The notes under the pieces were generated by a model. That model saw only the letters and a list, made by a program, of their open reading frames with translations. It did not search any database and was not told where the DNA came from. This document shows, piece by piece, positions 19,440-30,088 of a DNA stretch of 64,000 bases. A program made the translations under genes and the position numbers. The stretch comes from an uncultured Gemmatimonadales bacterium (GTDB taxonomy: Bacteria > Gemmatimonadota > Gemmatimonadetes > Gemmatimonadales > GWC2-71-9): the NCBI GenBank assembly GCA_963796335.1, contig CAWCLG010000006.1, positions 132,540-196,539 of the forward strand, in the 5' to 3' direction. The stretch's first letter is position 1. Each line of letters begins with the position of its first letter.

Positions 19440-20617
19440 GGATCCAGGCCCCAGGGCTGATTGCCCGGCGTCTCGTTGCTCTCCGGCGTATTCGTGAGGT
19501 TCGTCACGCCGGAGCCGTCGGGATTGACGGCGAACACCTCGGTGTCCCCGTTCCGGTTGCTGGAGAAGGCGATCCTCTCGCCATCCGGCGACCAAGCCGG
19601 ATTGAGGTCCAAGGCGGCATTGGTCGTGATGTTGACCGGATTGGAGCCGTCGGCATCCATGAGGAAGATGTCGTAGTTCCCCACGCGATCGGTCTGGAAC
19701 GCGATCCGTGTGCCGTCCGGAGACCAGCTCCCGTTCCAGTCGACGTCCGGGTCGTCGGTGAGATTGGTCTGCCCGCTCCCGTCCGCGTTCATGATGTAGA
19801 TCTCGAGATTGGCGTCCCGGTCGCTGGTGAAGACGATCTGGCTGCCGTCCGGCGACCAGTTTGGTGAACTTTCGTCGGAGTCCGGGCTGTCGCTGATATT
19901 CACCGCCCCGGAGCCGTCCGCGTTCATCACGAAGATCTCGTCGTCCCCGTTGCGCCCACTCTCGAAGGCGATCCGTGAGCCGTCCGGCGACCAGGCCGGC
20001 TCACGGTCGCCGGCTGCGTTGTTGGTCAGGTTCACCGGGTCACTGCCGTCGGCATTCCTCAGGATGATCTCCCCAAACATGGACCCGCCGAGGAGCATCC
20101 CATGGAGCACTTGGGTGCCGTCGGGTGAGATCGCCGGCGCCGTGGCGGTACCGAACATGCCATCCACGTCGCCCACGCTCAGTCGCACCGGGTCCGAGCC
20201 GTCCTGGTTGCTCGACCAGACCTGGAAAAAGTCTTCCCGGTCGCTGTAGAACGCGATCCGTCCGATCAGCGCATCCCGGCAGGTCAGCTCGAATTCCACC
20301 GCCACGGTCTCTCCGGCCGTCACGCTCACCGACCGAGGGTTCTCCCCCTCCACCGCGCAGTTAGCACGAACGGCGGTCAGGCTCACCGTGCGGGTGCCCG
20401 AAGCGACCTCGGCCAGCGTCTCGGTCGCGTTGGCGGCGATCGCGGCCGACCCGGCTCCGTCAACCGCGACCGACAGCGCGTCGTCCAGATCCCCGCCCGT
20501 GGAAACCGTGGTCACCTCCACCGACCCGGTGCCGGGGTCCGACGGACCGTCACCCCCGCAGGCGCTGAGGGCCGCGAGCGGGAGACTGAGTGCGAACAGG
20601 CGGCGGATCGGTGACAC
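19436..20617 (-). CDS. PD40/TolB-like beta-propeller lipoprotein, paralogue 1
   Basis: Lipobox LSACGGD, an N-terminal Ig-like module, then repeated SPDGxxIAFxSxRxGxxEIFxMNADGS units. Confidence 0.8.
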   Translation of the reverse strand: MSPIRRLFALSLPLAALSACGGDGPSDPGTGSVEVTTVSTGGDLDDALSVAVDGAGSAAIAANATETLAEVASGTRTVSLTAVRANCAVEGENPRSVSVTAGETVAVEFELTCRDALIGRIAFYSDREDFFQVWSSNQDGSDPVRLSVGDVDGMFGTATAPAISPDGTQVLHGMLLGGSMFGEIILRNADGSDPVNLTNNAAGDREPAWSPDGSRIAFESGRNGDDEIFVMNADGSGAVNISDSPDSDESSPNWSPDGSQIVFTSDRDANLEIYIMNADGSGQTNLTDDPDVDWNGSWSPDGTRIAFQTDRVGNYDIFLMDADGSNPVNITTNAALDLNPAWSPDGERIAFSSNRNGDTEVFAVNPDGSGVTNLTNTPESNETPGNQPWGLDP

Positions 20618-20626
20618 ACGGCCTCC

Positions 20627-21790
20627 TTACGGTTGGGGACCCCAGGGCTGCGGGCCGGGTGCGTCCACCGGCGCGTCGTTGTTCGAGATGTTGAGCGGGT
20701 TGGACCCGTCGGGCTCGACCAGGAAGATCTCGTAGTCGCCCGTGCGGTCGCTCGCGTAGATGACTTGCTCCCCGTCGGGCGACCAGCTCGGCAGCTGCTC
20801 GACCGCGTCGGTGTTGCTGAGATTGACCGGATCCGAGCCGTCCGCGTTCATCGCGAAGATCTCGACGTCGCCGGTGCGGTTGGTCTCGAAGACGATCTGC
20901 GCTCCGTCGGGCGACCAGCTCGACCGCAGCTCGTTCCCCGGATCGTTGGTGAGATTGGTCTGCTCGCTCCCGTCCGCGTTCATCAGGTAGATCTCGACGT
21001 CGCCGTCCCGGGTGGTGCCGAAGGTGAGCTGGCTGCCGTCGGGGGACCAGGCCGGCACCGACTCGTCGCTCTCCGGCTGGTCGGTGAGGTTCTCGACGCC
21101 GGTGCCGTCGGGATTCATCACGAAGACTTCCTGGTCGCCGTTGCGGTCGCTGGTGAACGCGACCTGGGAGCCGTCGGGGGACCAGACCGCCGTGTGGTCA
21201 TCGGCCGGATTGTTGGTGAGGTTCACCACGCCGGAGCCGTCCGCGTTCATCCGGTAGACCTCGGCGTTCCCGTCCCGGTCGCTCCGGAACAGGATCTGGG
21301 TGCCGTCGGGAGAGACGGCGGGCCAGCGGTCGTCGGCGTCGTTGTTGGTGAGCCGGACGGCGCCGCTGCCGTCGCTGTTCATGGCGTAGATCTCCATGTT
21401 GCCGTCGCGGTCGCTGAAGAACGCGAGCTGGCCGATCAGCGCCTCGGTGCAGTCGATCTCGATCGAGACCGTCGCCGTCTCGCCGTCGGCCACGGTGACC
21501 GCCTTGGGGAGCCCGCCTTCCACCGCGCAGTTGGCCTGGACGCCCGAGAGCCCGATCAGGTGGTCGCCCTCCTCCACGTCGGCGAGGGTGACCGTGGCGC
21601 TGGCGCCGATCGGGTCGCCGATCGTGCCGTCCAGCACGACGGCATAGCCGTTGGCGTCGAGATCGTCGCCTCCGGTCGCGGTGGTGATCTCGATGGAGCC
21701 GGCGCCCGGACCGGACGGGCCGTCGTCGCCGCAGGAGACGGCGAGGAGCACGATGGCGCAGAGCGCTGCCAGACGACGATACCGTGACAT
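20627..21790 (-). CDS. PD40/TolB-like beta-propeller lipoprotein, paralogue 2
   Basis: Same architecture as paralogue 1 (lipobox AVSCGDD, PD40 repeats). 9 bp spacer to the neighbouring gene. Confidence 0.8.
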   Translation of the reverse strand: MSRYRRLAALCAIVLLAVSCGDDGPSGPGAGSIEITTATGGDDLDANGYAVVLDGTIGDPIGASATVTLADVEEGDHLIGLSGVQANCAVEGGLPKAVTVADGETATVSIEIDCTEALIGQLAFFSDRDGNMEIYAMNSDGSGAVRLTNNDADDRWPAVSPDGTQILFRSDRDGNAEVYRMNADGSGVVNLTNNPADDHTAVWSPDGSQVAFTSDRNGDQEVFVMNPDGTGVENLTDQPESDESVPAWSPDGSQLTFGTTRDGDVEIYLMNADGSEQTNLTNDPGNELRSSWSPDGAQIVFETNRTGDVEIFAMNADGSDPVNLSNTDAVEQLPSWSPDGEQVIYASDRTGDYEIFLVEPDGSNPLNISNNDAPVDAPGPQPWGPQP

Positions 21791-21799
21791 GACGATCTC

Positions 21800-22969
21800 C
21801 TATGGTCCCCAGGGCTCGGGCCCGGCGGCGTCAACCGCGGCGTTGTTCGAGATGTTGACGACCGACGTGCCGTCCGGATTCATGAGAAACATTTCGGTGT
21901 CCCCGGTGCGCTCGCTGGCGAAGGAGATCCGGCTGCCGTCCGGGGACCAGCTTGGAATGTCCTCGTAGGCGGGGTTGTTGGACAAGTTCACCGGATTGGA
22001 GCCGTCGGTGTTCATCGCGAAGATCTCGTAGTTGCCGGTGCGGTCGGTGGTGAAGGCGATGCGATCGCCGCCCGGCGACCAGCTCGACCAGGACTCGTTC
22101 CCGGCGGGCTCGTTCGTCAGGTTGACCTGGTTGCTCCCGTCGGCGTCCATCAGGTAGAGCTCGGCGTCCCCGTCGCGGTCGGTGCCGAAGAGCAGGCGCT
22201 GCCCGTCGGGCGACCACTTGGGATTGGCTTCGCTGGACTCCGGGCTGTTGGACAGATTGGTCGCGCCGGAGCCGTCCGCGTTCATCACGAAGATCTCGTA
22301 GTCGCCGTTCCGGTTGCTGGTGAAGGCGATCCGGGTTCCGTCGGGCGACCAGGCGGGATGCTGCTCGTCGGCCAGGCTGTTGGTCAGGTTCACCTGCCCC
22401 GAGCCGTCGGCGTTCATGGCGTAGAGCTCGACCTGGCCGTCGCGGTCGGTGCGGAAGGCGATCCGGGTCCCGTCGGGCGACACCACCGGGCCGCGGTCGT
22501 CCGCGGTGTTGTCCGTCAGCCGGACCACGCCGCTGCCGTCGCGGTTCATGGCGTAGATCTCCATGGTGCCGTCGCGGTTGGAGAAGAAGGCGATCTGGCC
22601 GATCAGGGCGTCCTCGCAGAGCACCACGAACTGGACCGAGGCGGTGTCCCCGGCGGCCACGGTCACGGCGCGGGGGTTGTCGCCCACCACGTCGCAGTTG
22701 GTCTGGAGCCCGGTGAGGCGGACCTCATGGTCGCCGGCCGCGAGCGCGCCCAGGGTCTCGGCCGCGTTCAGCCCGACCACCGCGGCGCTGGCGCCATCCA
22801 GCTCGATGGCATAGCCGTCGGCGTCCAGGTCGTCGCCGGTGGAGACGGTCGCCACCTCGATGCCGCCGGTCTCGTCGGCCGGGCCGGGGTCGGAGGGGCC
22901 GTCGCCGCCGCAGGCGGCGAGGGCGGCCAGCAGGAGGACGGCGGCGGAGCGTGGGCGGAACGGGGCCAT
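21800..22969 (-). CDS. PD40/TolB-like beta-propeller lipoprotein, paralogue 3
   Basis: Start taken at [23 protein letters not shown]. Same architecture as the other two paralogues. Confidence 0.78.
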   Translation of the reverse strand: MAPFRPRSAAVLLLAALAACGGDGPSDPGPADETGGIEVATVSTGDDLDADGYAIELDGASAAVVGLNAAETLGALAAGDHEVRLTGLQTNCDVVGDNPRAVTVAAGDTASVQFVVLCEDALIGQIAFFSNRDGTMEIYAMNRDGSGVVRLTDNTADDRGPVVSPDGTRIAFRTDRDGQVELYAMNADGSGQVNLTNSLADEQHPAWSPDGTRIAFTSNRNGDYEIFVMNADGSGATNLSNSPESSEANPKWSPDGQRLLFGTDRDGDAELYLMDADGSNQVNLTNEPAGNESWSSWSPGGDRIAFTTDRTGNYEIFAMNTDGSNPVNLSNNPAYEDIPSWSPDGSRISFASERTGDTEMFLMNPDGTSVVNISNNAAVDAAGPEPWGP

Positions 22970-23083
22970 GGGGTGACTCTCTGTATGGGACGCTCCCAGT
23001 CTGCGCCGCGCCCGTCTCCCCAATGCCCCCTGTCCGTCACCTGCCAGATGACGCCGGTGAGCGAGCCGTTACATTATGTCTCG

Positions 23084-23839
23084 ATGAACGACCAGCTCCT
23101 CGAGGCCCTCCGCCGTACCCGCCATCTCGCCGTGCTGACCGGCGCGGGCGTCAGCGCGGAAAGCGGCCTTCCGACTTTCCGCGACGCGATGACCGGGCTG
23201 TGGGCCAAGCATCGACCGGAGGACCTGGCGACGCCCGAGGCGTTCGAGCGCCAGCCCGGCGTGGTGTGGGACTGGTACCGGATGCGCCGGGAGGCGGCCA
23301 AGCTGGCGGAGCCCAACGCGGCGCATCACGCGCTGGTTCGGCTCGAGGCGCTGGTGCCCAAGTTCACCCTCATCACCCAGAACGTGGATGGACTGCACCG
23401 CCGCGCGGGCACCCGCAACATGATCGAGCTGCACGGCGACCTGACCCGGGTCCGCTGCTCGATCGAAGGCTCGGTGGCGGAGAGCTGGGTGGAGCCCAAG
23501 GCGGGAGGCAACCCGCCGTCCTGCCGGAACTGCGGCGCGTTCCTCCGGCCGGACGTGGTGTGGTTCGGGGAGAGCCTGCCGGACAAGGCGTTGCACCGGT
23601 CGTGGGGCGCGGTCTACGACTGCGACGTGTTCCTGGCGGTGGGGACCTCGAACCTGGTGGAGCCGGCGGCAAGCCTGCCCTGGCTGGCGGCGGCGCAGGG
23701 GGCGATCGTCGCGGTGGTCAATATCTCGATGGACGGGCAGCGATCGGGGTTCGGAATCCACCATCTCACGGGCGCGGCGGGCGAGGTGCTGCCGGCGCTG
23801 GTGGACGCGGCCTGGCCGGCTCCGGCGGAGGCTTCCTGA
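23084..23839 (+). CDS. cobB: NAD-dependent protein deacylase (Sir2/CobB family)
   Basis: GAGVSAESGLPTFRD, QNVDGLH, and a Cys-x2-Cys zinc module (CSIEG...CRNCG). The 251 aa length is typical of housekeeping CobB. Confidence 0.88.
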   Translation: MNDQLLEALRRTRHLAVLTGAGVSAESGLPTFRDAMTGLWAKHRPEDLATPEAFERQPGVVWDWYRMRREAAKLAEPNAAHHALVRLEALVPKFTLITQNVDGLHRRAGTRNMIELHGDLTRVRCSIEGSVAESWVEPKAGGNPPSCRNCGAFLRPDVVWFGESLPDKALHRSWGAVYDCDVFLAVGTSNLVEPAASLPWLAAAQGAIVAVVNISMDGQRSGFGIHHLTGAAGEVLPALVDAAWPAPAEAS

Positions 23840-23882
23840 GGGTTGGCCGAGGGTAGGCCTTTCCTTATATTCCCCGCCCCGA

Positions 23883-23955
<73 letters not shown>

Positions 23956-24081
23956 CTCCCCTATCTTCTCTCGCTAGCACGCCTTACTAGGTATACGGCC
24001 ACCCGGCTTTGGTGGCTGTCCTGCCGAAGTACCTGAAGAATGCCCGCAGGGTTCGAGCCCACCGCGTGGAGGGCGGACACA

Positions 24082-26303
24082 ATGATCGATCAATCGATGG
24101 TAACCTCGGGATTCGATGTCGAGTTCCTGATGACCGAGGAGTTCATCCGGTACTTCCTGCTCTGCTCGCTCGACACGGGCTCGATTCCATGGTCGACCGA
24201 AGTGAGCGGTACGAGCGGGACGCCGCCCGTGCCGTACCGAACCGTGACGATCATCCATCCGCCCCACGAGCTCGAGGATCGCCGCCTCTATCCGGTCTTC
24301 CCCGAATTCGAGGGTCACGAGCACGCGCATCTCGATCTCACGCCCGCGTATTCGACGCAGGCGCAGGAGCTGCAGGTCACGATCCTCGCCGATGACCCGC
24401 GCGGCGCCGATCTCTCCGTCCGCGCGTTCCCGGCCGTCATCGACACACTGGTCACGCCGCCGAAAGTGCTGGTCGAGAATGTCCCAATCGATCTCGCCAT
24501 GGGCTTCAACGTCGTCGGCACCCCGCTCGACGACGGTTTCCTGGGCGACATCGGGATCGAGCTCGAGCTCGTCGACGTCTCCGGCCCGCTGATCGATGCC
24601 ATCGAGCAGCTGCTGAGCGCGCCCAACCCCCCGCCGCTGCCGACGAGAGCGGATATCCTCGCCCAGCTCAAGCTCACCATCGACCGGCGCGTTCCCTTCG
24701 CTGTCTCGGGTGGCGGTGCCCTTCAGCGCATCGAGACGCGCACGTTCACGGGCGACCCTGCTCGTCCGTCGGCGATCGGCGTGTACATCGACCTCGTTCT
24801 TCAGAAGGGGCCCGCCCCGGACGACTTCCTGACGACCATGCGCGGCGACACCGCTGACGCGCAGAACTTCCTCGAGCCGGGGATGAAGATGGGCTTCGCG
24901 TTCCCTCCCGGGACGTTTGCACTGCTGAGCGACGATCTCAGGTTCAAGATGGCGAAGCCGAAGCCCAACGACCCCACCCAGTACTACTACCCGCTCATGG
25001 ACGGCGACGACCAGATCGGCATCATCAAGGACATCAGCGTGCGGCCGGAGGTCGCGCAGTCGCCCAACATGCCACCGGTGTTCACGAACACCCTCGTCAT
25101 CGACATCCATGGAGAGTACGAGGTCGACAATTGGTTCGACCCCGACTTCCACCTGCGGCTCACCCTCCGTCCCGAGACGGGGCCGCGCGGAGTGTTCGAC
25201 TTCGACATCGACTTCGACCTCAGTCTGAGCGCCGCGGCGACGCTGTCGGCGCTCTTCGTCGGACTCGCGGTCTCCGTCTTCCTGCCGCAGCTCGGCATTC
25301 CGTTGACCATCCTGACGGTCATCGCCATCAAGGCCGTCGAGCACTACGGCGCCGAAGCAGCCGGCTCCGCCGTCGCGTCGGAGGGAGGCCTGACATCCTT
25401 CCTCGACACCTTGCCACACAAGCTCGTGGTGGAGCAGCGGCGCTGGGATCCGCTCTACTTCACCGACCACCGGGTCGAGACGGGAGACGTCGACGTCCTC
25501 GTCAATGCCGACGGTTTCGCGATGGCCGCCAACGAGCTCTTTCTCGGGCGACGGACGCGGCCCCTCACGAGACATGGTGATCCGCAGCGAGACCCGTGCG
25601 GCCGACGGAACGGTCGACGGGCTGGTCTATCGGGCGTCCGGTCTCCAGCCCTACCTGGCCACGGACATCAAAGCGATCGCCGCCGCCGTCGATCGCATGC
25701 CCTACACGGAACTCCTGCCCCCCGTAGCCGACATCGAGTCGCACCGGGTCGGCCTGACGCTCCAGCAAGTGCACGACCGTATCGACGCGGGCGACCGCCA
25801 CGTCGCCGATCTGGACTACCTGCCGGCGAAAGTGGATGTCATCGCACACCAGGTCTTTCAGATCCTCGCGGTGTCGCGCACCGAGGCCGACGAGGCGCCG
25901 GGCATCGCGCGCCGCCTGCTGCGCGCCGAATACCGAAGCCAGCACGCCGCCACCCTGCGCCCTCAGGCGATCGCCGAGCTGCAGGCCGAGCTCGGACGCG
26001 CTCCGACCGAGGACGAGATCCGCGCGCGCATCGACAAGATCGTCGCCGATGCCACAGAGCCGGGAGTTCCGGGCCGGGCAGGAGTCGAGCGGGACCGACG
26101 CCTGACGTTCGACTTGGAGCCCAGTGAGTTCGCCGCGCTGCAGCGCAGCCGGCATCCTGACGCTGGGTCGCGATCAGCTCGAGATCCGGACCACGCCCGA
26201 CGGCACCGTGTACTACCGTGACTACGAGCGTCCGTTCGAGCCCAACACCCCGACCCACGACAACCTGATGTCGCTGCCCCGCTACAAGCACGTGGATGTC
26301 TGA
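24082..26303 (+). pseudogene. large hypothetical protein (~740 aa if repaired) with a central hydrophobic helical hairpin; reading frame broken twice
   Basis: GC3-rich coding signal passes from frame 1 (24082-~25548) to frame 2 (~25550-~26145) to frame 3 (to TGA 26303). The junctions read ...ANELFLG|DGRGPSRDMVIRSE... and ...EFAALQR|AGILTLGRDQLEIR.... No family recognised. Confidence 0.55.
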
Positions 26304-26450
26304 GCCGGCCGCACGGGAGGCTCAAAATTGAGTCGGCTTCAATTCTGGCGGCATGATAGCATCGGGCGTAGGATAGGGGGGACTGCCACGCCCACCCCAG
26401 GGGCGCGGGGTCGCCTGGACCTCATATTTGCCACCCAGCGACTGCGAGCC

Positions 26451-28131
26451 GTGACGAAGCACCGCCGCTCTACCCGCACCTTGGCGAGCATTGCCCTGGC
26501 AGTACTCGCGGTCGCGTGCCGCGACGAATCCCCGTTGGGGCCTCCGGTGGACGTGGAGATCGATCCCGACGCTCCTCGGATCGAGACGATGATGGTCCAG
26601 GACACCGACACGATCACCGTGCCGCTGATCGACCCCGGAGCCGCCGCCGACGCCGGCGTCCTGGTGCGCTGGAGCTCGAGCGCTCCAGAGGTCCTGGAGC
26701 TGAGGTCCATCTCTGCGCCGGGCTTGCCACTGCGGGACTCGCTGCTGGCCCAGATGCGGGTCCAGACGACCGCTCACGCGCGCGGGACCGCTATCATCAC
26801 CGCGACGGTGGAGCAGGAAGGCATCGAGCCGCTGGCCTACCACGACACGGTCACGGTCCTGGAGCGCTGGATCCATGTGACCGCCGGCGGTGGATACACC
26901 TGCGGAATAACCGTGGCCCGCGACGCGTACTGCTGGGGAGGAGTCAACGGCCGGATTCTGGGGCTGGGGAACGGTGCAGCCGAAGGAAGCGATCGCCCCG
27001 TCCCGGTGCTCGGCGGCCTCAAGTTCAAGTCGCTCGACGCGGGGGGCGACATCACCTGCGGGCTGACCGATCCCGAGGGGCTTCTGTACTGCTGGGGCAG
27101 CAACACGTGGGGCGAGCTCGGCGTGGGCAACTTTCAGCCCTTGCTCCTCCCCGTGGCGCCTATCGGCGGGCGCACCTACAAGCGGGTGACCACCAGGGGA
27201 AGTGTCACCTGCGCGATCGCTAACGCAGTCCTGTCCGACTTTGAATTTGGTGAGACCAATACCTTCTGCTGGGGTCATGCCTCCTGGGGCGCACTGGGAG
27301 TCGGGGACATCGAGACGTCGGCCGCGGTGTCCTGCCCCTCGAACGCCTTCGACGACATCTGCGTGCCCATCCAGACGACTGGTGTCCTCGCCGATGCTTT
27401 CAACTCAGGACTGGTGATGCACTCGGTCTCGGTCGGTGGGAAATTCGCCTGTGGTCTGCCGGAGACTAAAAGCCTGATTCTTCCGGGTGACGTCTATTGT
27501 TGGGGACTCAACAACGCCGGCCAGATCGGGGTCCCTCCGGAGGAGACTGAAGACTGCGCGGACATCCCTTCGCTCCCGTTCGCCTGCTTTCCGACTGCGC
27601 AGTACGTTCTGGCCCCCCGGTTCCAGGCGCTCAGCGCCGGCGGAGCCTTCACCTGTGGCGTAACGATTCAGGACAAGGCGGTGTACTGCTGGGGCCAGCG
27701 GTACGGTCCGACCCCAGTGCCGGTGAACGGGCCTCCGATGGACAGCATTTCGGTCGGCGGGCGGCCTGATGATAACTTGAATGAGTTCGTCGACCAGACC
27801 CATGTCGTGCGCTCTGACTGCCCTCGGTGAGGCCTGGTGTTGGGGAAACAATCTGGCCGGGCAGCTCGGGTCCGGAGAGCCGGAGGGCTACCAGGAGCCC
27901 ACCCCATTTCATGCCGATATGCGGAAGGTGGCTCAGGATACGTTGCAGTTCGTTGCGATCAGTGCCGGTGAGACCACCGCGGAGCTGAACAGTCCCCACA
28001 CCTGCGCGCTGTCTCGCGCCGGAGCGATCTATTGCTGGGGAAATAATGCTGGGGGAGAGCTCGGAGTGCCCATTACACCTGCTACATTTCACGTCGCGGT
28101 TCCCACCCGAATCTCGGAGCCTGCACCGTAG
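26451..28131 (+). pseudogene. RCC1-repeat beta-propeller lipoprotein with N-terminal Big_2-like domain; one frame break
   Basis: GTG 26451 gives the lipobox LAVLAVAC. Repeated YCWG.N..G.LG motifs. The frame shifts at ~27803 exactly inside a repeat (..DQTH|SCALTALGEAWCWGNNLAGQLG). Confidence 0.7.
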
Positions 28132-28499
28132 GGGCGCTCGCCGATCAGCCGCTGTGGAGTCCTGATGGGCGATCGATCCTGACCCCGAACCGCGAATCAG
28201 AATGGGCGCCACCGATCGCTGGATCACAAACGCATCGATTGTGCCAGAAGTGGCGGTCAACGAGGCGAGGCGCGCGAGCGCGATGGTCGGTGTGCGGAAC
28301 GTCCCGTCGATCCAGTGGCTCATCCGGACACGACGCACGAGCGCTCGGAAGTTGGTACGCACGCGGCGCGCCGGATGCTCGTCCTGACGAGTCGGATGCG
28401 CGCTATTTCAGCCCCGCGCTACTGGTTTCCCCGTATCCGACGCCCCCCGGCACTTTATTCCGGCTTCCCCCCGATCCGCACGACCACTATCCTCTCCCG

Positions 28500-29942
28500 A
28501 TGCGTTCCTTGGAAGCTCTGCTGTCATCGGTCAATCTGCTCGCATTCCTTGCGCTGCTACTCCCCTGGCACCTCAGACCGAAGTGGATGCGCTACGCTGC
28601 GCCCGCCGCGATCTACGCCGCCTCCGCCCAGCTCCTCGTGGAAGGCCCTCGCTGGCAGATGGTTCCGGCCTACGCGCTGAGCCTGGTGTTCCTTCTCATC
28701 TGGCTGGTGGAACAGTTCCGGCCCCACCCGTCGACCAGACGTCCCACACTTTCGCTGGCCGCGTTCCGCGCGGTCGCCATGCTCGGACTCGCCGCGCTCG
28801 CCGTGTCCTTCGCGCTTCCCCTGCTCATCCCGGTATTTCGTCTCCCGCCTCCGACCGGTCCCCACCCGGTGGGCACAGTCACGTTCCACTGGGTCGATTC
28901 CACCCGTCCGGAGGTCATCACCGACGAGCCGGAGGACCGCCGCGAGCTGATGGTCCAGGTCTGGTATCCCGCCAGGCTGGTTTCGGAGGTGGAGCCCGCT
29001 CCGTACGTGGTGCATCCGGAGAAGCTTGAGGCGCTGGCGCGAATCCTTGGCCTCCCCCCGTTCACCTTCAGCCACCTGAAGTACGTCACCACCGGCGCGA
29101 GATCCTCCGCGCCCGTCGCCGGCGGCAGGCCCTATCCGGTCCTGCTCTTCGCCCACGGGCGGGGCGGCTTCCGCCAGCACAACACCGCGCAGATCCAGGA
29201 CCTCGCCTCGCACGGCTACGTCGTCGCGGCCATAGAACAGCCGTACGTCGCGAGCGGGGTGGTATTCCCCGACGGCCGCATCGCGCCGCTCGACCCCCGG
29301 ATGGTCGACTCGGCGCATCCGGGCCGGGCTCCGTTGCTCGACCGGATTCTCACCTTCCTCGCGCGGGACGCGCGCTTCACGCTCGACCGGCTGGCGGCAT
29401 TGAATCGGACGCCCGGCGGCGTGCTGACCGGCCGGCTGGACCTCGATCGCACCGGCATGTTCGGCCTCTCGCTCGGCGGCGCGGTGACCGCCGAGGCGTG
29501 CAGCCTGGAGCCTCGCATCCGGGCCTGTCTGATGATGGATGTGTTCAAGCCGCGCGAGGTCCTCGCGGAGGGGCTGCGCCAGCCCTCCATGTGGATCAAC
29601 CGCGATGAGCCTAGCATGCGGCGGCAGGGATGGAACCCGCGGGATATCGAGGAGACCCAGCGCGAGACGCGCGAGCTGTACGACGAGCTCCCGGGCGACG
29701 GATACCTCCTGCAGGTCCCCGGCGCATCCCGTGCTGACTTCTCCGATCTGCCGCTCTTCTCCCCGCTGACCCGGCCGCTGGGACTCACCGGACCGATCCA
29801 GCCGCGCCGGGTCCGCCGGATCGTCGATGACGTCTCGCGCGCGTTTTTCGACCGGCACTTGAAGAGGGACTCGACACCTCTGCTCGACAACCCGAGGACG
29901 CGCTTCCCCGAAGTGCTGTTCCGGTCCCGGCGCTCATCCTGA
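28500..29942 (+). CDS. membrane-anchored alpha/beta hydrolase (platelet-activating-factor acetylhydrolase-like)
   Basis: Four N-terminal TM helices, then a hydrolase fold with the nucleophile elbow GLSLGG and the motif YPVLLFAHGRGG. Confidence 0.7.
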   Translation: MRSLEALLSSVNLLAFLALLLPWHLRPKWMRYAAPAAIYAASAQLLVEGPRWQMVPAYALSLVFLLIWLVEQFRPHPSTRRPTLSLAAFRAVAMLGLAALAVSFALPLLIPVFRLPPPTGPHPVGTVTFHWVDSTRPEVITDEPEDRRELMVQVWYPARLVSEVEPAPYVVHPEKLEALARILGLPPFTFSHLKYVTTGARSSAPVAGGRPYPVLLFAHGRGGFRQHNTAQIQDLASHGYVVAAIEQPYVASGVVFPDGRIAPLDPRMVDSAHPGRAPLLDRILTFLARDARFTLDRLAALNRTPGGVLTGRLDLDRTGMFGLSLGGAVTAEACSLEPRIRACLMMDVFKPREVLAEGLRQPSMWINRDEPSMRRQGWNPRDIEETQRETRELYDELPGDGYLLQVPGASRADFSDLPLFSPLTRPLGLTGPIQPRRVRRIVDDVSRAFFDRHLKRDSTPLLDNPRTRFPEVLFRSRRSS

Positions 29943-29949
29943 GAAAGTC

Positions 29950-29994
29950 TTTGTCACCCTTCACTCCTCGCAGGCTTCGGGATCAGGGTGACAA
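29950..29994. repeat. degenerate member of the GTCACCC...GGGTGAC hairpin family
   Basis: TTTGTCACCCT-(23 nt)-AGGGTGACAAA, just after the hydrolase stop. Confidence 0.5.
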
Positions 29995-30088
29995 ACGCGA
30001 AACCCTCCTCCCACCGGCAGCGTCTTACTAGAAAGCGGTCCCCACGCCGCGTCTCACCGCGGGCCCCCTCCGCGCCGGAACTCGACCG

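Noticed and set aside
23084-23839. Sir2-domain protein as a possible defence-system component (Thoeris, DSR or SIR2-HerA type).
   Set aside because: It is a stand-alone 251-aa protein with all the CobB/sirtuin deacylase motifs and the zinc module. It has no fused or adjacent effector or sensor gene, so a housekeeping CobB is the simpler explanation.
24040-24078. tRNA-like T-arm sequence (gcagGGTTCGAGCCCaccgcg) 90 bp downstream of tRNA-Phe, considered as a possible second tRNA or att remnant.
   Set aside because: I could not fold a cloverleaf: only 3 bp of T-stem, with no acceptor or anticodon arms. It does not match the 3' end of the adjacent tRNA-Phe, so it does not support an att duplication.
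27649-28362. 237-aa minus-strand ORF. Its 28140-28362 part is GC3-rich (..NFRALVRRVRMSHWIDGTFRTPTIALARLASLTATSGTIDAFVIQRS..).
   Set aside because: No family is recognised, there is no stop until it runs ~480 bp antisense through the RCC1 gene, and no start context is evident. At most it is a gene fragment, mentioned under the tRNA-islet finding but not called as a feature.
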